DNA of 64,000 nt from Mustelus asterias (lineage: Eukaryota), in NCBI RefSeq assembly GCF_964213995.1, contig NW_027590198.1:186001-250000 (forward strand). The letters run 5' to 3'. Positions 23,631-35,095 of the stretch are shown one piece after another. A model generated the notes under the pieces. That model had not been told where the DNA came from, ran no database searches, and saw only the letters and a program-made list of their open reading frames with translations. A program made the position numbers and the translations under genes. Positions within the stretch are counted from its first letter, which is position 1. Each line of letters begins with the position of its first letter.

Positions 23631-24110
23631 AGAAATCCTACAGCACAGAAAGAGGCCATTCGGCCCATCGAGTCTGCACCGACCACAATCCCACCCAGGC
23701 CCTACCCCCATATCCCTACATATTTTACCCACTAATCCCTCGAAACTACGCATCTCAAGACACTAAGGGCAATTTTTAACCTGGCCAATCAACCGAACCC
23801 GCACATCTTTGGACTGTGGGAGGAAACCGGAGCACCCGGAGGAAACCCACGCAGACACGAGGAGAATGTGCAAACTCCACACAAACAGTGACCCAAGCCG
23901 GAAATCGAACCCAGGTCCCTTGAGCTGTGAAGCAGCAGTGCTACCCATTGTGCTACCCTCTTTATTAGGCTGTATATCGATAGCTATGGGAGGAAGCCGG
24001 AGCACCCGGAAGAAACTACAGGGAGAAAGGGCAAACTCCACACACACAGTGACCCGAGGCGAGAATTGAACCTGGGACCCTGGCGCTGTGAGGCAGCAGT
24101 GCTAACCACC
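23631..24110 (-). mobile_element. V-SINE (HE1-like), one full and one partial copy
   Basis: V-domain ggactgtgggaggaaaccggagcacccggaggaaacccacgcagacac, tRNA-derived head and CR1-like tail. Confidence 0.85.
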
Positions 24111-24189
24111 CAAAATGTATCTGTACAGAAACAGCCAGGATCAGTTGATCAGTTGGCAGTGTTGGACACCGAAGTGTTAAAATTAGCTG

Positions 24190-24263
24190 CACCTCAGATG
24201 GAATTCGAACTCACAATTTCTGGCTGAGGAAGCTAATGCCTTACCCACTAGGCCACTATGGGT
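24190..24263 (-). tRNA. tRNA-Arg(CCT) pseudogene
   Basis: AGTGGCCTAGTGGGTAAGGCATTAGCTTCCTCAGCCAGAAATTGTGAGTTCGAATTCCATCTGAGGTG resembles vertebrate Arg-CCT. Confidence 0.78.
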
Positions 24264-24649
24264 GCGACTGTGGCAGCTTATAAAAGTTGCAAATCTCCAT
24301 CTTCACAGAGAGTGACTAAGCCAGGAATCGAAACAAGGTTTCTGACGTGGTGAGGCAGCAGATCTAACCACTGTGACGCCCTCTCCCACAAATATTCTAT
24401 GAGATTTGATAAATTGCAGGTTTTGTTTATGTATTTGCAGTGCAGAAGGTGGAATTGATTCACATGGGGTTTGGTTTGAGAACCTGAGCACAAACTGCAG
24501 GGAATCCATCAGCACATCACACTCCATGGAAAATCAAGATACGTTCAGCAGGTTTGGCTTTGTAACTGGACACTCATTTTATTCCCATTCACATCTTCAG
24601 CTAACTCCATGATTGCGAGTTCAGGGAGCTGGCTGGATGTTTCTTTTTG

Positions 24650-25080
24650 TTCATGTGGGTGTCTCATGGTTAGATCAGCATGTACTGCCCTTGAGAATGT
24701 GGTGGTGAGCTGCCTTCTTGACACGTTGCAGTCTATTTGTGTAGGTACACCAACAGTGCTGTTAGGGAGGGAATTCCAGGAATCTTACCCAATGACAGTG
24801 AAGGAACGGTGATATATTTCCAAATCAGAATGCTGAGTGACTTGAGGTGTGTGGGGGAGGGGGGGGGGGGGTGCAGTGGATCGGGGGAGTGGAGAGAAAC
24901 CCAAGTATTCTTGGGTTTCAAAGATGCTGTCAGAGGTGCATTTGGTGAGTTCCTGCATCCTCCAGACAAGTGGAAAGTATCACACTCCTGATTTGTGCCT
25001 TGTGGTCTGGTTTTTGGGAGTCAGGAGGTGAGTTACTCGCCGCAGGCTTCCCAGCCTCTGACCTGCTCTTGTAGCCACCG
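24650..25080 (-). mobile_element. Old LINE 3' fragment, same family as 35.8-43.2 kb
   Basis: gtggtggtgagctgccttcttg...ggaattccagga...gttactcgccgcag; a counterpart lies in the inverted arm at 54.7-56.36 kb. Confidence 0.7.
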
Positions 25081-25507
25081 TACGAACTGATAAACTGTGT
25101 GCTGAATCACAGTAAGAGCATCTTCTTTACTGCACATTTTGTTGTGAATTTTCACCACTTCCCTTTTTTCCTGAATGTATTTTGAGGCATAAGTAAGAGC
25201 CAATGTATTTGATTGTAAGATATTCTACTCAGGTAATATTCGGCAGTGGATTCACTGGGGGGAGTAGTTGGGGGTTGAGTCGCGTTACTGTCGCTAGGCT
25301 AATAACGCAGAGAAGCCGGTTGAAGCATAGGGAACAGGGGTTCGAATTCCAACACTGCAGATTGACTGAATTCAAGGGCCATTAGGGATGCAAATAAGTA
25401 AATAAAATATTAATTAAGCAACCTTTCCTCACTTAAACGTATTGTTTTCTGCCCGGTTTTGAATCGTCTGACCAATACGTAGCAAATGTTGCAACCCACA
25501 GGTACGT

Positions 25508-25580
25508 GGGCTGGTGGCGCAATGAATGACGCGTCTGACTGCGGATTAGAAGGTTCCAGGTTTGACTCCTGGCTGGCTCG
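25508..25580 (+). tRNA. tRNA-Arg(ACG)-derived pseudogene, anticodon now GCG
   Basis: GGGCTGGTGGCGCAATGAATGACGCGTCTGACTGCGGATTAGAAGGTTCCAGGTTTGACTCCTGGCTGGCTCG; A and B boxes are mutated. Confidence 0.88.
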
Positions 25581-26933
25581 GTGCCAATTTTAAAAGTAGC
25601 TCGTAAACTCCATTTTAGTTTCGAAGAAAAAATGTATTTTCTGTAACTTTAGACCAATTCAGACAAATGTTTACTAAATCCAGTCAGCTTCTATGAAGAA
25701 ATTTATCTTAGGTCATTACTTTTCAAAAAGGTTGGCTATTTTAAGTACGATTCCACTGATAAACTTTAATTAAGTATATTTAAACTACATTCTTTAAATG
25801 ACGAATTTTCGTTAACTTATTTGGAAAAAGTATTTTAAGCCATCTTTTAAAAAGTTGGGAATTTCTAGATAAATAACGTGGAAATCTTACATTTTTCAGA
25901 AGGGTCAAAATAGTTTCTAATAAGTGGATGAAAATTTGTAAAACTCTGTGGAGGAATTTAATTTAAATATGTTTTGTATTAAGAAGTTCACAAAATACTC
26001 AAGTTCCATCGAAAAGCTTTTTTCAAATGTTGAGAGATTCTAGTTAAATTCCATTGAGGAATTTCTTTGAAGTAAGTTTAGTTTAGAAAAGTTAAAATTA
26101 GCGAGCAGGTTGTGGTTTATGACCCTGCGATTATTCTCCATTTGAGCGAAGAAGATTGAGGAGTGATTTAATCGAGGTGGACTAAATTAGGACAAGTTTT
26201 GAGGGGGAAGAGGCAAATTTTAAGATTTTTGGCAAGGCAGGCGCAGAGAAGATTTGGAAGGAACATTTTTCCACAGCGAGCGCTGAGAACCAGAAACTCA
26301 TTGCCTACGAGAGTGTTCGATGCAGTTAATTTAGGTAAATATAAAATCTGAGGCCGGAGATGGATTTCCTGAGAAAGGAGATGTTTCCAGGAACATTCTG
26401 AGGCAAGTATAAAGTTTATTTACTAGTCACAAGTAGGCTTACATTCACACTGAAATTAAGTTACTGTGAAAATCCCCGAGTCACCACCCTCCAACGCCTG
26501 TTCAGAATCTCCTCGATGATATTGAATCTGGAAGATCAATCTATGGAACCAAACCCCTTCCCCTTCCCCCGCCACCGCCCCCACCCGCTGCTGTGATGTT
26601 TGATAAGAACCCCGCTGATGTTAAATGCGAGGCATCCCAAAATCAAAAAATGGTATTTTGGGACATTGGTTCTTAGTTGTGTATGTTTTCAATTTGATAT
26701 AATATGAAAAGAGATATGCAAAATATTGAAACTATCGAATTGGAACTTCCGACATTGTTACAACCACATTAACTGTTTCCCCTCACTGCCACCACCTCCC
26801 ACGCTGCGTCGGTTAAGGGGCCAATATTGCAGTGAATTCTCGTCTCTCGAAAAAACAACTTGACTGATTCGCTGAAGCTGCTCTGACGTAATGAGTTGGA
26901 GAGCAGAGTCTGAGAGCTGATTGGATGAATTGG

Positions 26934-27047
26934 CCATGATGTGGAGTTGCCTGCGTTGGACTTGGGTAGGCAGAGTAAGTCGTCTCACAACACCAGGTTA
27001 AATTTGGTAGCACGAGCTTTCGGAGCGCTGCGCCTTCATCAGGTGAC
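26934..27047 (-). mobile_element. Penelope pLTR fragment with hammerhead, inserted in the V5 promoter
   Basis: Flanked by an 11-bp direct repeat ggatgaattgg (26923-33 / 27048-58). Confidence 0.78.
27011..27045 (-). ncRNA. Minimal type I hammerhead ribozyme (best-preserved core)
   Basis: cac-CUGAUGA-a-ggcgc agc gcucc-GAAA-gc-UC-gug: stem I cac/gug, stem II hairpin with one mismatch, palindromic AGCU as stem III. Confidence 0.72.
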
Positions 27048-27212
27048 GGATGAATTGGAGAACAGGAGACCGTGGAGCTGATTAGACGTCACCAGTTGAT
27101 TATTTCAAGAATGAACCAATCGCTGGAGAGACCGGATATATATGAATATATTCACAGAAACAATTACAGATTCACCCATTCTGTTTAATTCGGCAATAAA
27201 CTTGCTGCTAAC

Positions 27213-27763
27213 ATGTACGGTCTCGTTTTGTATTAAGTTCTCACTGTTTCAGCTCTCTTACTTGGTCAGTCAAAAATTTACACAATCTTCCTCTTGCAAG
27301 CAACTTCGACGTTAATTTAATTTCACTTTGTTGCTAGTTACAATGTGATCCGTTCCCTAATGCTATTATTTACAATCAAATGATAATGACATCTTAACGC
27401 TTGATGTTTCTAAATTTCTGCAGGTGTCATTGCTGCAGACTCGATCTCACAGGAGCCGGTGATAGCGGTGGAGTTTGAAGGAGACTCGGTGCCCATTAAG
27501 CTCAACTGCTCAGCAGCTGGTGCATGTTACATCCAATTGTACCGCCAGCACCCAGAGAAAGCTCCCACCTTCTTTATCCACACCTCTAATTATGGAGATA
27601 TTTCCAGTGCCGAGGACATGGGGCCCCTATTTTCTGTACCTATCGATAGGTCGATAACAACGTGAATTTCACCATCCGTGAGCTGCGGTTGTCTGACAGC
27701 GCGGTGTATTACTGCGGACTGAGACACAGTGACAGAAACCAGAGGAAGCCTCGTATAAATAAA
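27213..27763 (+). pseudogene. TCR V pseudogene (V5) with 23-RSS
   Basis: Leader 27213-27264 with an in-frame TAA. Exon from 27424: GVIAADSISQEP...IQLYRQHPEKAPTF (Trp lost)...stop/fs...LRLSDSAVYYCGLR. CACAGTG at 27725, 23-nt spacer, degenerate nonamer. Confidence 0.9.
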
Positions 27764-27885
27764 ACTGCCACAGAGTGACAGGATGAATGGAGAATCGAAT
27801 GGTAATAATATTGAACTTCTATAAATACAGCATGATTCACTCTGTGGTGCCTCTATACATTTTCAGTATTGCTAATATTCATAAC

Positions 27886-28190
27886 AGGGGAGGCATTGTC
27901 CTAGTGGTCTTATCGCTAGACTATTAATCCAGAAACTCAGTTAATGCTGTGCGGACCCGATTCAATGAAAACAAAATTGCAATTAACAATCTACTGACCA
28001 CCATGAAACCACTGTCGATTGTCGGAAAAACCCACCTGGTTGACTTTACTTTAGGGAAGGAAATCTGCGCTCCTTACTTGATCTGGCCTAAATGTGAGTC
28101 CAGAGCCACAGAAATGTGGACTCTCAACTACTGATGGGCAATAAATGCTGGCCAACCAGTGGCACCCATGTCCTACACACAAAATAAATC
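27886..28190 (+). mobile_element. Deu-domain SINE (SacSINE1-like)
   Basis: tRNA-like head cctagtggt...; tttagggaaggaaatctgc...tctggccta...tgtgagtccagagccacag; tail gggcaataaatgctggcc shared with the old LINE. Confidence 0.7.
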
Positions 28191-29859
28191 ACTGGAATCA
28201 CGGTTGAAACTGTCCTGACATTAAGGAATGGATGTATTAAGGAAAAAAAACAAGGACATAACTATTTATCCTTCCAAAGCTTCCGTGTCACAGGAAGAAA
28301 ATAAGCGTTTTTTATGGAATGTCAATTATTGAACATGTTCAAGAAATCAATAGCGTTATGGAGCCTACTCACATAAAGGGATATGCAGATAGCGCTGGAA
28401 AGTGGCGATCAGGCTGATCATCCCTGATCTAACCGAATGACGAAGCAGAATCGAAACACAGAATGGCCTACTACTGCTCCCATGTTCCTATACCTTATTT
28501 TTCTATATTTCTATATTCTTCCCCAAATCAATCTCTAAATACAATTCAGGAAGCATTTGGTATAAACATATTTCGAGACTACAACGAATACATTGAATCT
28601 GCAGAAGGAAGGCCATTTACCACACACCACCAACCTCCTGACCACTGCAGTAAATCAGCAGTAAATCGCATGCCATTGGGGAAGGAGGGCAGTCATTTAT
28701 CTCATTTTAAGCCACGAATTCAGAAATCCGCAAGCTTCCCAATTTGATTTGATTGTTAGGAGAGCACTATTTGGTTTTGGACTGTGTTACATTGGCCACC
28801 TTCCATTGTAAGTGATGACAACCGTCTGCCTAACCAGCTGTTCCCTCATCTGTGTCCCAAATTTAAAGTTACTTGGCCCGTGCCGTTCAGACTCATAGTC
28901 ACTGTCCAATTTAAGGCATATTTCCGGAGAAACCCATCACAAATCAGATTGCACTTTAAGCTTCATATTGTTGATTTCACGCCCTCCTTGAATCATTCTT
29001 CCATCTGACTCATTCATTCTCCTGCGCTCTATGTGCTTCTCCCACTGTACCTCCCCGAATTCTCTCACTAACTTACCATTTTCCTTCCGTTTCTGAATCT
29101 GTTTATCTCCCTGTTGCTGCATATATTTCAACCTCACTATATATGAGTCGATTTCAATGCCGGTCTTTCTGTCATTTCTATGCTCCTCATTCTACCTCTC
29201 GCCCTCAGGTTATATAGATGTTTCTCTCTCTGCCTTTCTACTTCTATCTATCAGTCTGTCCTGCTACGGGTCATTCTGCCTTCTCCATGGAGCTCTATAT
29301 ATAGCTTTCCTTGAAACTTCTTCAACGGCCACTTTGAAAAGAAGAACAGATATTTTTCCTGAATGAGAAATCAGCTCTTGCTCTGATTTATCGAAGATTT
29401 TCGATGTTCCAAAAAAGATCCAAGTGTTCATTTGGTATATGAATCCCAGGAGATCATCTGTATTTAGGCGATATTAACTGTAAAATGTAAGGATAGTCAA
29501 TAGTAACCCATACAATCTGCGATGCCACCACCTGAATTGCTATACCTCGCCTTCTGAAGGAAATGTAGCCCACTCACTGTATGGGCTGTATTTCACTTGT
29601 GAAGAATCGCATCGTTACCACAACAGATGTGCTCATTCCTTTTGAGATACTGTGGATGTTGATCGTTACGAAGGAAATCCCACAAGTTGAAAGGCCATGC
29701 TCTGTCCTAATGTCGAACATTATTCCACATCAGATACAAGTGGGCTTCTCCACACGCTCCTGAGGCAAAAGTAACTCTGAACATCCCAATTATGTGCAAA
29801 ATCGCAGAAAGCATTTTTGGTTTTTTGTCAAGCTATGAGAAATAACACTACCAGTTCTC

Positions 29860-32077
29860 ACGGGAGCAGGGTTGAACTAGCTAGATGGATTCAGAACTGG
29901 CTTGGCCATAGAAGGCAGAGGGTAGAACATAGAACAGTAAAGCACAGTACAGGCCCTTCGGCCCTCGATGTTGTGCCGATCTTTGTCCGAAACCAAGATC
30001 AAGCTATCCCACTCCCTATCATTCTGGAATGCTCCACGTGCCTATCCAATAACCGCTTGAAAGTTCCTAAAGTGCCCGACTCCACTATCACAGCAGGCAG
30101 TCCATTCCACACTCCAACCACTCTCTGAGTAAAGAACCTACCTCGGACATCCCTCCTATATCTCAAACCATGAACGTTATAGTTATGACCCAAGTAACAG
30201 CTACATTCACCCGAGGGAATAGTCTCTGAACGTCCACTCTATCTATCCCCCTTATCATCTTATAAACCTCTATTAAGTCGCCTCTCACCCTCCTCCGCTC
30301 TAAAGAGAAAAGCCCTAGCTCCCTCAACCTTTCCTCATAAGACCTACCCTCCAAACCAGGCAGCATCCTGGTAAATCTCCTCTGCACTCTCTCCAATGCT
30401 TCCACATCCTTCTTATAGTGAGGTGACCAGAACTGCACACAATATTCCAAATGTCGTCTCACCAAGGTCCTGTACAGTTTCAGCATAACCCCACGGCTCT
30501 TAAACTCAAACCCCCTGGAGTTGTCAGCATTTCTCCACTCCACCTGACGAAAGGACAGCCTATTCCGAAAGCTAGTGGCATTTGCTACCAAATAAACCTG
30601 TTGGACTTTCACCTGGTGTTGTTAAACTTCTAGTGGTGTCCCGCAGAGGTCAGTGCTGGGAACTCTGCATATATATAAATGACTTGGAAGAAAACGTAGC
30701 TGGTCTGATTTCGTAAGCTTGCAGATGATACTAAGATTGGCTTAGTTGCGGATGGTAATGAGGATTGTCAGAGAATACAGCAGGATATAGTTAGGCAGAG
30801 AATTTGGCGGGAGAAATGGCAGGTGGAATTGAATCTGGACAAATGAGAGCTGATGCATTTTGGTAGATCCAATTCAGATGGGAGCTGTAAAATAAATGGC
30901 AGAACAATCAGGAGCATAGACACACAGAGCGATCTGGGAGTACAGGTCCACAGATCCTTAAAAGTGGCAACACGTTCGGAAAAGGTGGTGCCGAAAACAT
31001 ATGGCCTGCTTGTCTTCATCGGACGGGGCATCGAGTATAAGAGTTGGCGAATTATGTTACAGTTCAATGAAACGTTGGTTAGGCCACATTTAGAATACGG
31101 TATCCAATTCTGGTCTGCACACTACCAGAATCATAGAATACCTACAATGCAGAAGGAGGCCATTTGGTCCATCGAGTCTGCACCGACCACAATCCCACCC
31201 AGCTCCCATCCCGATAACCTCACATGTTTACCCTGCTGATCCCCCTGACACTAAGGGACAATTTTAGCATGGTCAATCAACCTAACCCGCGCATCGTTGG
31301 ACTGTGGGAGGAAACCGGAGCACCCGGACAAAACCCACGCAAACAACGTGAAAACTCCACACACAGTGACCCGAGGCTCCACACACAGTGACCCTATTAA
31401 GATGGGTATAGAGGCATATGGGCCAAATGCGGGCAATGGGATAAATTAAGGGGCTTAAAAAAAGGGCTGCATGGACAAGTTGCGCCGAAGGTCCTGTTTC
31501 CATGCTGTAGTTCTCTATGACTCTATAAGTCTATGAGGCCGGAATTGAACGCATGTCCCTGGCTTTGAGGCAGCAGTGCCACCATGCCGCTGGAGGCTTT
31601 GGAGAAAGTGCAGAAAAGGTTTACCAGGATGTTGGCCTGTTATGGAGACTATTACCTATGAGGAGAGATTGAATAAACTGGGATTGTTCTCCCTGAAAAG
31701 AGAGAGGCTGAAGCGCGACCTGATAGAAGTTTATGCAATTATGAGAGGTACAGATATGGTGAACAGTTGGAAGCTTTTCCCCATGGTATAACTGGCAATT
31801 GCGAGGGGGAACAGGTTCAAGATAAGGGAGGAAAGTTTCAGTGGAGATGTGCGGGGGAAGTTTTGTTTACACACAGAACGGTGGGGGCCTGGAATGTACT
31901 GCCAAGTGAGGTGGTTGAGACAATTACGTTAGCCACATTTAAGACTTATCGTGATGGGCATATGCACAAACGGGGAATAGAGGGATGTAAGCAGTTTGTT
32001 TAGATAGATAAATTTGATCGGCGCAGACATGGAGGGCCGAAGGGCCTGCTCCTGTGCTTTTTGTTCTTTGTTCTTGT
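29860..32077. mobile_element. Composite insertion: + strand CR1 interrupted by a - strand CR1 (29923-30512), a Penelope pLTR piece (30513-30630) and a V-SINE (about 31128-31590)
   Basis: RT fragments continue across the insertions (WIQNWLGHRRQRV...SGVPQ...HLEY...); hammerhead core at 30541-30577. Confidence 0.85.
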
Positions 32078-32649
32078 TCAGATTGCGCGTCAGCGTGAGT
32101 AGGCATTCAGTGTTGAAATGTAACCTCGCTCTCAGGGAGTATGTAAGATAAACCTACACTCATACGTGACAGAGGTGGCAGTTACAATCAGTATTGTCTC
32201 ATTGAGATCAGGTTGATCGCAAACATCGTTGGCACCGAAAGTGTGCACTTGTACAGACAACTAAACTAAAAGAGGACCCAAAATCGATCTTATTGGCGGC
32301 AACAGTGACGGGCGGTTCATTCTTTTGACCGAAGAGGAAGTTATTACATTTCCACTGTTGTGAATGCCGCGGCATCAGACATTGGAGTGTTTGATGAGCA
32401 GTGACACACGGTGAAACTGAGGCACACTGGGTCAATGCGAACCAGCTACAGGTTCATTACAATCAATCAATACACATATGCTCATTTTTTCTGAATATGT
32501 TGACATTTTTAGAGTGCACTTTCCCACAGTTTTCTTCCATCCGATAAGAAAAAGGGAATTAGATTCTCCTCTATGTGCTGACTATTTTGTTCAGCATATA
32601 TCCACAGTCTCCATACCTTATGAAGTTTAAAAATTATTTGTCGGTGTCA

Positions 32650-32890
32650 CAAGTAGGCTTACACTGACAACTGTAAATAATTGACTGTGCACATCCCCAA
32701 GTCGCCAACTCCCGGCGCCTGTTCTGGTTCACTGAGGGAGAATTTGGCATGGCCAAAGCACCTACCCAGCACGTCTTCGGACTGTGGGGGGCGGGGGGGG
32801 GGGGGGGGGGGCGGATGTGCAGACTCTGAACAGGCAGTGACCCAAGCCGGGAATAGAACCCAGGTCCGTGGCACTGTGAGGCAGCAGTTT
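32650..32890 (-). mobile_element. Degenerate V-SINE
   Basis: gcacgtcttcggactgtgggg...cagtgacccaagccgggaatagaacccaggtcc. Confidence 0.7.
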
Positions 32891-33130
32891 TGCAGCGAAA
32901 TACCTATTTGAACTGTCCTTATAGAGACTTTCCTTAACTATAGTGCCTAATGACCCATTCACTCTGTAAAGGAGTTGACTGAGTTCGACGACTGGCTCTC
33001 AGATTTCTCTCTTAGTCATGATGACAAAGGATGTGGTTCCCGTCACTTTCCCCACCGGGAAGGGAAGACTCGACTACTCTTTCGACAACTCATATGTTCA
33101 AATATGAATCACCGGTAAAATGATTAGGTA

Positions 33131-34613
33131 TGACGCAAACCTTTGTCTCGTCACTGGACACAGGTGAGGTCCCAGAGGATTGGAGGATAGCTAATGTGGT
33201 CCCGTTATTTAAGAAGGGTAGGAAGGATAACCCGGGTAATTATAGGCCGGTGAGCTTGACGTCCGTGGTGGGGAAGTTGTTGGAGAAGATACTTCGAGAT
33301 AGGATGTATGCGCATTTAGAAAGGAATAAACTCATTAACGATAGTCAGCATGGTTTTGTGAGAGGGAGATCATGCCTCACTAACCTGGTGGAGTTTTTTG
33401 AAGAAGTGACCAGAATGGTTGACGAGGGAAGGGCCGTGGATGTCGTCTATATGGACTTCAGTAAAGCGTTTGACAAAGTCCCTCATGGTAGGCTGGTGAA
33501 AAAGGTTGGATCTCATGGGATAAAGGGGGAGGTGGGTAGATGGGTGGAGAACTGGCTTGGTCACAGAAGACAGAGGGTGGTACTGGAAGGGTCTTTTTCC
33601 AGCTGGGTGCCTGTGACTCGTGATGTTCCGCAGGGCTCTGTATTGGGACCTCTGCTGTTGTGATTTATATAAATGATCTGGAAGAAGGTGTAACTGGGGT
33701 GATCAGTAAGTTTGCGGACGACACAAAATTGGCAGGACTTGCAGATAGTGAGGAGCATTGTCAGAGGCTACAGAAGGATATAGATAGGCTGGAAATTTGG
33801 GCAAAGAAATGGCAGATGGAGTTCAATCCTGATGAATGCAAAGTGATGCATTTTGTTAGAAATAATGTAGGGAGGAGCTATACGATAAATGGCAGAACCA
33901 TAAAGGGTGTAGATACGCAGAGGGACCTGGGTGTGTAAGTCCACAGATCCTTGAAGGTGACGTCACAGGTGGAGAAGGTGGTGAAGAAGGCATATGGCAT
34001 GCTTGCCTTTATAGGACGGGGTATAGAGTATAAAAGTTGGGGTCTGATGTTGCAGATGTATGGAACGTTGGTTCGGCCGCATTTGGAATACTGTGTCCAG
34101 TTCTGGTCGCCACACTACCAGAAGGACGTGGAGGCTTTGGAGAGAGTACAGAGGAGGTTTACCAGGATGTTGCCTGGTATGGACGGGCTTAGTTATGAGG
34201 AGAGATTGGGTAAACTGGGGTTGTTCTCACTGGAAAGACGGAGGATGAGGGGAGACTTAATAGAGGTGTATAAAATTATGAAAGGCATAGAGAGGGTGAA
34301 CGGTGGGAAGCTTTTCCCCAGGTCGGTGGTGACGATCACGAGGGTTCATAGGTTCAAGGTGAAGGGGGGGGGAGGTTTAACACAGATATCAGAAGGACAT
34401 ATTTTACACAGAGGGTGGTGGGGGCCTGGAATGCGCTGCCAGGCAAGGTGGTGGAGCCGGACACACTGGGAACGTTTAAGACTTATCTAGATAGCCATAT
34501 GAACGGAGTGGGAATGGAGGGATACAAAAGAATGGTCTAGTTTGGACCAGGGAGTGGCACGGGCTTGGAGGGCCGAAGGGCCTGTTCCTGTGCTGTATTG
34601 TTCTTTGTTTTTT
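33131..34613 (+). mobile_element. 5'-truncated young CR1 LINE, short-3'UTR type
   Basis: RT motifs YMDFSKAFDKV, VPQGSVLGP and KFADD, with frameshifts; lacks the 440-bp UTR cassette. Confidence 0.93.
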
Positions 34614-34764
34614 GTATGGAAAAAGACCCTCCTTACATCAGATCAACAATATCCGTTTCCAGCCAATGCAAGGACGGCAAAATCACATGCGCGAGACCTG
34701 TGTGGGCGTCACTGACATAAATCAGCCGACATTTCAATGCTCCCTCTCCATTCACTTCTTTTTG

Positions 34765-35095
34765 ATGTGAGCTGTGTGCGGGTTTTTTCTGAGATTTCAA
34801 TTGCAATTGGAAAAGTGTCCAGAGAGGAGATTCCGTGCAGTTCGATTGTAGTTACGAGGTATCCAACTTTTTTGCGATGCATTGGTACAAACAGAAATCC
34901 GGTTAGGGACTGGAGTGCGTTCTCATGCGGAGCTCTGGCAGAGGCCGAAGCGGTCGTTTTGAACTGAATCTTGATACCAGTGTGAAACGCGGCCATTTGC
35001 TAATTCAAAGCACGGAGAACGCGGATGCTGCAGTTTATTACTGTGCGATTGATCCGCACACTGAGACAAGGCGCGACAGTCGCTGTACAAAAACC
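34765..35095 (+). pseudogene. TCR V pseudogene (V6) with 23-RSS
   Basis: GDSVQFDCSYEVSNFFAMHWYKQKSG*GLECVL...SGRFELNLDTSVKRGHLLIQSTENADAAVYYCAIDP. CACACTG (35057)-23-ACAAAAACC (35087). Confidence 0.9.

Noticed and set aside
34765-35056. V6 as an IgH-like (TAILV) segment because of AMHW...GLE
   Set aside because: WYKQ, the short CDR2 and the FR3 look TCR-alpha-like; a phylogeny would be needed to claim otherwise.
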